Shown piece by piece: positions 54,400 to 64,000 of a DNA stretch of 64,000 nucleotides. This DNA comes from Octopus vulgaris. Taxonomy: Eukaryota. Where the stretch lies: NCBI GenBank assembly GCA_951406725.2, contig OX597824.1, forward strand, positions 50,096,001-50,160,000, read 5' to 3'. Each line of letters opens with the position of its first letter. Positions within the stretch are counted from its first letter, which is position 1. Under the pieces are notes generated by a model. The model was given only the letters and a program-made list of their open reading frames with translations. It was not told the DNA's origin and did no database searches. The position numbers were made by a program, and so were the translations under genes.

Positions 54400-55900
54400 A
54401 TCCACTGAATCACTGATCTCTACAACGGTGCGCGACTTTTGCTCTCTTCCCCATACAGCAATCTCTGGCAGGTAGTGCTTATAAAGGCTTGCTGTTTTTA
54501 TTGGAATGTTCCCCCAATTTTTCTATATGTTTAGAGGTGTGGATATTTTCCTATCTGGTGTGCTTTTGTATGGTCGTCATAACAATCATTCCCGCGTGTA
54601 GCATTGTAGATCGCCTTAGCTACAATACTATGAGAAGGCAGTTTGTTGCTGCTATTTCTGGGCAACTACTGATGCTATGAGTGATACAGCACATTTATTA
54701 CATTTATCATATGGAATTTTAGAGGCATCCTCCTCTTTTTTGTCGATCACGTATCCAGTAGCTATCTCCTGTTCTTGGATGGCAAAAGCATAGTCTTCTA
54801 GGTAAGATGTGATGTACTTATCGCAAGTTCAGGAGAGGCTACTAATTCCTATCAACGTTGCTGAAATTCTCTAGTTTGCAGGATATGTACCTATGCATAA
54901 ATTTCTGCAAGTATGAAGAGTGTTTCTCTTCTATGTTCAGCCACTATTGGTTCACAAGAAACAACCGTAAAAACGTCGTACTTGTTCGGGAGTTTCTCAC
55001 CTAATCTCATGATGCTATTACCTTCAGTGTTGAGCATATGCATGATGTACTCATTTCCCTTTGTTGTTTAATAAGTGTTGTCCATGTTACACAATTCAGC
55101 ACTTAGTGCCTGGCTGGACTGGTCTTATGCCACTACCACAATCTCTCAGATTCTGTCAGTATTACAGTCGATGTGGAAGCTACAAGTCATTGTTAATATC
55201 TTCTTGGTTTTGGTATCTAAGTAGTAAATTTCTTCCAGCGTCCACTCTAATATCTCATATGTTGGTACTTGTACACGAAAACATTGTGGGATAAAGTTTT
55301 ATTGAATGCAGATAGCTCTGACTTCCATATCTGCTGAAGTATTCTCTTGTCATTCTGTATTTATTGACAGCACCAACATATTCAATATTCTCGTTGATTC
55401 AAAGTTATTCGTAAAATTCATCACTGGTGATAGGAGGAACAAACAGACAATTTATATGCTTATTTCTTGTCTGGTCGCCAATGTTTCCTTGTTTGACTAC
55501 CAAATATGAATGCTTGTTGTGACCAAACTTCATTCCGTTGCAACATGATAATGTTTTGCTCTGAACTAACTGATTCTTGGTATTATGATTTTTATTCAAG
55601 TGCAGCTTGAGGTCATCAACAAAAAAGATGTGGGTGAAATTAATCTTCCTTTCATCTTCAGATCCTCTCATGTAGTCTTTGTATTTCCTCCACAGGGTTA
55701 ACAAGGGGTTCACTGTTAGAACAAAAAGTATTATAGATAAACTGTCTCCCTGAAATATTCCTGTTGATAATTTAACACTATAAGTGCCTAAAGTATTAGC
55801 TTCAGTTCTTAACGATAGTATCGTGAATCATGTTGCTGTCAGCCTGTAAATGGCATTGACCATAATAGTTGGGACCGTAGCAAGGCGTAGTGACTCTGTT
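54400..55900 (-). pseudogene. Decayed non-LTR retrotransposon RT region (R4/Dong-like); possibly extends to ~57900
   Basis: GIFQGDSLSIILFVLTVNPL, INFTHIFFVDDLKL, LEDYAFAIQEQEIAT. Confidence 0.75.
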
Positions 55901-57929
55901 ATCCTTAAGTGGGAAAAAGTCTTATTGTCTAACTGTAAAATCAGCTGGTTTCGGCGATGCTGCTTCGTTGCCTTAAGGACAACTTTGTGGATCGATAAAA
56001 TAAGTACCAGTGGCCTACTGGGAACGATATAATCGACTTAGCCCACCCTTCAAATTCTTGTGCCAGAATTTGAAACCATTATTATTGTTGTTGCTGTTGC
56101 CGCTGTTTCTGTTGTGTTTGCAGTTGAAAGACGTCGATTTGAAGTTCTTAAGCTGTTATCGAATTTTTCTTTTTTGAACAAACTAATTTTTGTCTTTTGT
56201 TATCAAACCAACTTTTATTTTGCCAAATTTTCGTCTCATCTGGGGTGTATTTTGAAAGTTTCAAAAATAAAGTTACATATTTGAAAATAAGCAGTGTGGC
56301 TTCTTAAACTGAGCAGGCAGATGGACTGTTCTAAGAGCCATTATGAAAATGATCTCCAACTGACACTTGCTACTGTTAACAAATATTGTATGGATAACAG
56401 TACCAATGACAACAATACAAATAAAAAGAGAGGTGAAATTAACACTACTGTTACCAACATACCTCACACGACAACAAATACTGGCAACAACAGTGACACA
56501 GAAGACTAGGAGAACATTGAAACTTACACGACCTCAACGATCACAACCAAGACAAACTTAAAATACAGTAAAAACAGTAAATACAGCGGCTTGCAAACGA
56601 AGTGGAAACGAGTTTGTGAATGCATGTAGAAAACTAGAGTCAGATTACTTACTAGAACAATAACTAGGAAATAGAAAAACTCATTTCATGAAAAATGGTA
56701 GAACAATTAATCGAAACAAATTCAACAAGAAACCCAACAAGTTTAAGAGGAAGCCCAAAGTAAGACAATAATACACAAATGTGTTGGATTCAAAATGAGA
56801 CGACTTGAGCGAACAATATTGTTCTCTTTATATGAATTAATTCTTTTTTGCAGGCGACTCATATGAAGGAGTCCTTAGATTATTTAAAACAATAATTACA
56901 AACTTTGGCAGTAGAGTCGAATAATTGGACTTTCTTTTCATTTAAACGTCAGGATATTTTCTGGCTTTTATCAGCCATTTCGATTTCCTTTCTGTATTTT
57001 TTCATTCAATTAAGAAATATATTTGCGTCAATTTTTTTTGCGTGGTTTGCTATTATTTGCTATTATTTCCTCCAAAATTTCAGCCTTGTGCAAATTCAGA
57101 TATGATAAAGATTTTGTAGTACCTGGATTACTTGCTGCGCTGCTATTTCTCTCCAGGATTGTTCCAATGTTAAGTGATTTTTGTTTTATAATACTTTTAT
57201 CTCTGTTATCTTATTTGCTGCTCATAAATATAGTTTACTTGATGTCTTCTCTTTCGCTGTCCGTTGCCTGCTAACAACTATTTTCATTTCACATACATCT
57301 CGATAAAAGCACATTAGATTCCAGATGAAGTCATTCTTTGGTTTATAAAATCTGTTGGATTTCACATATCCAGAACCTTTATGACTTCGTGGTAGTTCTT
57401 ACTCTAGAAAATATTCTCCATCATATCTGTTTTTGCTGTTGCTTTTCGCTGTTTCTGCAATAATTCCTTCTCTTTCTTCTCACTTGAATATTTCCATTTT
57501 AGATTTTGTTCACGATTTAAAACAACCCGTTCTTCTATACTGTTTATTCACTGCCTCTCTTGTTTCGATATTGTCATTTTTTATTATTTTTAGGAAGTTT
57601 TTCTCCATTTTTACTACAGAGCTTGCTACCTAAATAAGTACGAATGGATATCGATGTTTAGCTTTGCTTTCAGAATACTGGCGTGTATTTCCTATTTTTG
57701 TCTTTTTCTTTCATTCACATTTCTTTCAAGGTCTATTCCTTCTAGCTTTTCTCAATAAGCTGTTTCTTATATGCCATAGCGATCAGATATGTTGGTGCGA
57801 GAGTGGTTCAAATTTTACTACTATGAATGGGACCAGATTTTGTTGATGTCAGTATGATTCAGGTTTTTCTTTGGTATTTTTTCTTGGTATTGATGTGGTC
57901 AATTTTTTTCTAGTAGTAAATACGAGTAT

Positions 57930-58117
57930 AGGCGGCGAGCTGGCAGAATAAGTTGCACGCCGGACAAAATGCCTAGCAGTATTTCATTCGTATTTACATT
58001 TTGAGTTCAATGTCTTTTCGAGGTCGATAAAATAAGTACCAGTTGAGCGCTGGGGTCGATGTAATCTACTTATCTCCTCTCACAAAATTGCTGCCTTTGT
58101 TCCAAAATTTGAAACCT
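57930..58117 (+). mobile_element. Family B SINE
   Basis: ggcggcgagctggcagaata...gaggtcgataaaataagtaccag; taaatac(g/a)agtat flanks. Confidence 0.85.
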
Positions 58118-58475
58118 ATATTAAATACAAGTATTTGCGTTGTTTATGTTTTTCTTTGTTTCTTTTATGCTTTTCTTAAGGTAAAAATGTCGCAACATTT
58201 ATACTTGTTTGCTGTAATTATTTACACTTTTCTCGTTTATATTTTCATTTGGTAGTCATTATTTAATTTGTTTTCTTCCTCTAAATCCTATTTCCTTGTT
58301 TCAATTCTATATATCTTCAAAGTAAGATGCCTGTGGACAATAAATACCAGTGCAGATGATCTTAATTTAAAATCTTATGTGTTATAAGTTGCTATATTAT
58401 TCTGAGATAGAATGCAGTAAGATCCATCTAACATCGGAATATAACATTTACCAATCGATTTATACTATTCTGTTT

Positions 58476-58680
58476 AGGCGGCTAGCTGCCAGAATCGGTA
58501 GTACGCCGGGCAAAATACTTAGTGGCATTTCGCCCGCCTTTATGTTCTGTGGTTAAATTCCGCTAAGGTCAACTTTTCCTTTCCTCCTTTCGGGGTCGAT
58601 AAATCAAGTACTAGTAAAATACTGGGGTCGATGTAATCGACTAGTGCCCTCCCTCAAAATTTCAGGCTTTGTGCCTGTTT
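58476..58680 (+). mobile_element. Family B SINE
   Basis: ggcggctagctgccagaatcgg...cctttcggggtcgataaatcaagtac. Confidence 0.85.
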
Positions 58681-58859
58681 ACGGACGTTCGTTTCGAATA
58701 TATAACCAGCTCTGTTACCTTTTTTACCCCTACCCCTAAAGTTAACACATTTAGACTAATTAATTTGATATTTTCCCTATGACATGTTCCAAATATTAGG
58801 TCGTCAAATATGAAAGTTGTGGAAAAGAAAATAAAGTTTGCTAATGTTTTATAAATACA

Positions 58860-59640
58860 AGGAATAGTTTTATTCATCAAAGTATGCACCCATATTGTCA
58901 ATACACTTTTGCCATTTCAGCGGTAGCTTGTCCAGCCCAGAACTGTAAAAGCCTAGCAATCTAGAGTCAATAAAATCTTGGAAGGCCTGTTTTACTGCAT
59001 CGTCTGAATTAAATTTTTTCCTATCAAAAAGTTATCCAAATTCTGGAAGAAGTGGGGGAAAGATCAGGTGAGTATGGTGGATGATGGAGAACTTCCAACT
59101 CCAACTCCTGTAGTTTCGCATTTTTGCAATGTGTGGTCTGGCGTTGTCTTGCAATACAATAGGAGTGGATCTGTTGACTAATCTAAGCTGTTTTTGTAAG
59201 TTTCTGCATCATTTGGTCCAGTTGGCTGCAGTATACTTCGGCCGTGATTGATGAGCTAGGTTTAATGAAATCATAACGGATCACACTTGTACCAGACCAA
59301 CAAACACAGACCATCAGCTTCTTTTGATGAAATTTGCTTTTTGGACTGTGTTTTGGTGGCTCATCTCTGTCCAACCATTGCACTGAACGTTTTCGGTTGT
59401 TGTATTGGATTCATTTCTCATATGTTACAATTCTATTCAAAAATTATTTATTTTTGTGATGAGAAAGTAGCATAATGTAGGCTTCCAAACGTTGCTGTTT
59501 TTGATTTTCATTGAGTTCACGCGGAAACCACCTATCCAACTTTCTCACTTTACCGATTTGAACTAGGTGAGTCAATATTTTTTGCTTGCTAACACCAAAC
59601 AACAACCATAATTCACAGGCACTTTGAGTTAGGATAAACA
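58860..59640 (-). pseudogene. Mariner transposase pseudogene
   Basis: KLDRWFPREL, QWLDRDEPP..HQKKLMVCVCW, LQDNARPH, HPPYSPDL. Confidence 0.9.
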
Positions 59641-60273
59641 AATAGATGTGTAGCTATGTCACAAAAAATAAAGATTGTTAAAATATAATAATGGCGCAAA
59701 ATGAGCAGTCAAAGTTTACCATATATCTTAGTACAAATTTCATACTTGACGAGCTAATACTAAAATAATCCGTTGCAGTGTTTCTTTGTATAAATTTAAG
59801 CATATATCTATCTTGTAAATTGTGTCTGCCTTACCCCTTCATAAATGTTCATACATATAGTAATTTTCAAGATCATGAAATTATATCTATTTATCTATTC
59901 GTGATTTATTATTTTGATAGTTTCACTTTATATTAGGCTGCACGATTTATTCAATGCTTAAGTAGTTAACTTTCCAGTTACATGACTCCGCGTTCATTCT
60001 CATTCCACGGTAATTTAAGGCAGTGTTTTTACTATATACTTCGTTAAACGTAAAAAAACTACAAAAGCTCGTAGCAAACTCAAGACATCACTCTGTTTAA
60101 CGCTACCACTGGGCACCTTTAAGTGAAGGTTACCCTATTTCAAGTATTTGGATCAGTTTTCTATTCTGAGAATAACCCTCTAAATCATGGTTTCTCAGTT
60201 CCTCCAGTGTAGGTCCAGCAAAAAGGTTATGAACGGTATCATACTCCGTCTCACATAGCCATAATTCACACAC

Positions 60274-60340
<67 letters not shown>

Positions 60341-60370
60341 ATCACTTTCTCTTTCTCTCTCTCTCTCTCC

Positions 60371-60405
<35 letters not shown>

Positions 60406-60425
60406 CACATACATACATACACACA

Positions 60426-60486
<61 letters not shown>

Positions 60487-60587
60487 GTATATAAATACAC
60501 TTAAAGTATAGATTATGAAACCTGTAAAATTAATGATTTAGCTCATCTTTCTGCACGTGTGTGCTACACAGAAAAAGCTACACGCAA

Positions 60588-60652
<65 letters not shown>

Positions 60653-61739
60653 ATATACATATATATTATATATAGCATACATTAAAAAACTACATTGTCA
60701 AACTTGCACATATACGCACGCGCACCCCACCACACTCATATATACATGTATCTATGCGATCTTAACATATTTCCTTCCCCCATTCCGATGTACATGTAAA
60801 TTGTTTAATTGAATCTTTATTATTTTTCTCTGGTAGATCCTCGTGCTAGTTGTCATTTCTTGCATATATTTTCAACTCATCCATATTTATGAGCGGACTT
60901 ATTGATTTTCCGCTGTAGATAGAGTTTTATTCAGTTTTACTTCGTACAATTTATTAAAGGGGTGTTGTCAAGTAGAAAAGTGGGAAGGATAACGAATCAC
61001 TTTGGAAAAAAATTCCCCTCCTTATGGGGATTGCGAAAAAGTTAGATCTTCAATTTCAGTGGCGAAAATATAGTTTTTCCACTTTTTACATAGCGTGTCT
61101 GAAATTACAATTTAATATTGAAGATACCATGCAAGCATACACGGACACAGAAACACACGCGCGCGCACACACACACGCACACGTACACATTACACATATA
61201 CATCCATACTTACAAATAAATATACATACACATACACAAACATCATCATACACTAATACACATACACGCGGTTACACATCACACTCATACATACATACTT
61301 TTACAAACACATACACATATATAGACGTATACACACAAACATATATAGACATATACATATACACATATATAGAGGTATACCCACACACACTCATATATAT
61401 AAATATTCACCCACATATCTACATATGATGAAAAACATACATGCACACACATAAACACCAAACGTATACATACAAATACTCACACAGACATTCATATAGA
61501 CTGGCTCCGCACTTCGAATGATGTACCTCTATTTTGCTAGAGTACGCTGTAAAAAATATTTATTCCTATCCCATTGCTGAATGATGGCGTCATCTTCCTG
61601 TAATTCTCCAACAACACTGACAGAATCATCACCGAAGTAACAATCATGACATACAACTTGCATGGGCGCTATCGACACCCCCTCCAGCATTATCACTGCC
61701 ACCCCTTTATCATGTTCCAGCATCATCTGCACGAGTAAC

Positions 61740-61800
<61 letters not shown>

Positions 61801-61810
61801 TCCTTTCTCG

Positions 61811-62530
61811 TTATATGATTTTAGCCCTGTCAAAGCTCCCCATAGAGACATCGAACAATAGATTGCCTTCTTTCCTCACCCAGAAAGAATAGTCGTAGAC
61901 CAAAATTAGCTTTCTGGCATTCATGGTAATTCTGATATCAAGATCACTAATACTGGTGTACTGCTCAGTAAAAGTTAGGGCTTTCAGAAGGAGGGGTTTA
62001 GGTATGGAACGGCAGAAGTCAACAATGTCGAACTGGGTGAATCCGCAGGCTGATTTATTCTCGAAATTGCGGAGTTCCATTGAATCAATCTTGTAGATCT
62101 TCTGATATCGAAGTTGATAGTATCGAGAATACATTTGCTAATGATACCTATCTCACATTTAGAGGCGTTGATCAGTCTGCATTTGAGATCGGAGGGGAAC
62201 TTGGGCTTATAGTCCTTAAGTGTAATATGGGGGAGTCGCGTGACGAGGCAGTCCAAACGATCCTCTATATTAAGGCGGGTGGCCAGCTCCTTTGCGTCTG
62301 TATTTATGTCATTGTATGTGGAATAACGGGTTTTCTTGTATGTTTTGGTGATGGGACTAGTAAGAAGTCTTGAGTGTGTGGAAGTGTTTATTTCGTAAAT
62401 GTTCTTTGTTTTGTCCGCGAGGGTGTGTGTGTTGGGTGATTATTTAATGCTGGTCATGTAGTCATTTAGGGATTTAAGGAAGGGCTTAGAAAAATGCCGG
62501 AACCTTACTTTCTTTACATTGTTCCATAGG
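61811..62530 (-). pseudogene. PLE reverse transcriptase fragment of a second clade (Naiad-like by motif recall)
   Basis: ITLKDYK..KCRLINASKCEIGIISK, QFDIVDFCRSI, FDVSMGSFDRAK. Confidence 0.8.
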
Positions 62531-62926
62531 TCAGTCTCTATCTGCCTATCTATCTTCCAATATTTGACTATATATCTTTTATGAAAATATATTGATTATA
62601 TTTAATTTTTTTTAATTAACGCCTCTTAAAATATTAAATTATTGACATGTTAGCGGTGTTCGTTTTGATGTCATGATATAAACCAGTGTGTAAATTAAAT
62701 TAATTAATTAAAAAATACCTATTGACTGTCCAATGCCAGTCTAAGATCTATGAATTTATTCTGTAGCGTATTACATCTTTCAAAACTTGTCCTATTACGT
62801 TCCCTTGGGGTATACCAGAAGGGGAAGTTTTGTGTGCATATATGTATGATAAGGGAAATTTGAATAGGAATGGATCGTGGCTGAATGCACCTAAATCTTA
62901 TTACTATTATCATTTTGCCCCTCTCG

Positions 62927-62927
<1 letters not shown>

Positions 62928-62992
<65 letters not shown>

Positions 62993-63500
62993 GAGTGTGA
63001 GAGAAGCGCATGCTATAAAACTGACACTGGGGTACAAATATATGAAGCCTAATATAACTATCACGACTACCCATCTCACAAGGGTACACCAGGCACATGC
63101 ATCACAACCACATGTGCACTAGATAGTGATCTCATATCAAGATATGACCTCACAAGTGGAGCCCAGTCAGAATTTTCTTCAGGTCGGGTAGCCCATTCCA
63201 CTCAAAAGGTTGAAAGACGATTAACGAAGCACCTATATTTCTTGGAGTGAACTATTCAAACAACAAAATCCCTCTCGATACATGGCTATGATGGTCCCCC
63301 CCCCCACTACTCCTGTTTGTGATTAGAGATACTCACATCCTCAGCCACTGAGGGATATGCTCAACTGGTAAAGGTCAAACAACTGACAATCAATTCTAGG
63401 GTATTGAACGGAATATTTGCTCTAGCCCATCTTTTATACGAAGATAAAACATAACAAGTGTGTTAACACTTCAAATCAGTTAAGATCAGAAACCATGACA
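62928..63500 (-). mobile_element. Probable retroposon 3' end with (TAA)n tail
   Basis: Mixed-composition sequence abutting (TTA)n at 62928-62992; no clear protein motif. Confidence 0.4.
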
Positions 63501-63599
63501 GCTGTGGGGGTTGTTCATTTAATTGCATATTTACTGTATAATGTGTGTCTTGTGTTTATATATTGTTTTATTTGGGTTGTACTATTAAAATGATTGTGT

Positions 63600-64000
63600 T
63601 TTTTTTTTTCGTGGAATGTTGGCTGTTCCTAGCAGGGCTATTTCTGGATAGTGTGTAGTAGTGAGGGTCTAGGTATAGCATCTACATTTTCAATCATACG
63701 ATTTTCTGTCATACCCAATACTCCATTCATACCCAATGCTTTATCATACCTAATACTCCAAATGGTATTGTTTTCATCTTCATGTCCCACATCTTGAATA
63801 CTTCAATTTCGACATCTTTATACTTTGACATTTCTCTTCTTTTTCGGCAATATTTTGGTTAGAAAGAACTGCAATCTCTATCAATAAGTAGGTGATATTT
63901 TTTTCAAATCTTTGATTATCATCTCTGGGTGATTAGTTTTGATTTGATTTCTTTATTTAAACAAATATATCTCAAATGATTATGACCTGGTCGTTGTCAT
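63600..64000 (-). pseudogene. Restriction-like endonuclease C-terminus of an R4/Dong-like LINE
   Basis: HPEMIIKD..LIEIAV..SKYKDVEIE..KMW..IPFGVLG..ALLGTANIPRK by manual translation across frameshifts. Confidence 0.75.

Overview
AT-rich, microsatellite-saturated animal genomic DNA. The SINE families resemble those of octopus/cephalopods (inference). No intact host gene is recognisable, and almost all listed ORFs are translations of simple repeats. Identifiable content: decayed Penelope-like retroelements (PLEs; RT and GIY-YIG), Tc1/mariner fossils and MITEs, a hAT MITE, R4/Dong-like LINE fragments and many tRNA-derived SINEs. Two things stand out. (1) At least seven non-coding mini-elements carry type I hammerhead ribozymes (HHRs); five have measurable repeat units of 360-566 nt. 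They sit mostly in (TA)n tracts as head-to-head inverted arms with recurring end points. (2) Two copies of a 61-nt motif contain hammerhead core segments and all three stems, but in the reverse strand order to known type I/II/III hammerheads: a candidate scrambled (pseudoknotted or multimeric) HHR inside a 793-nt PLE-like repeat. All structures were folded by eye and none is experimentally tested.
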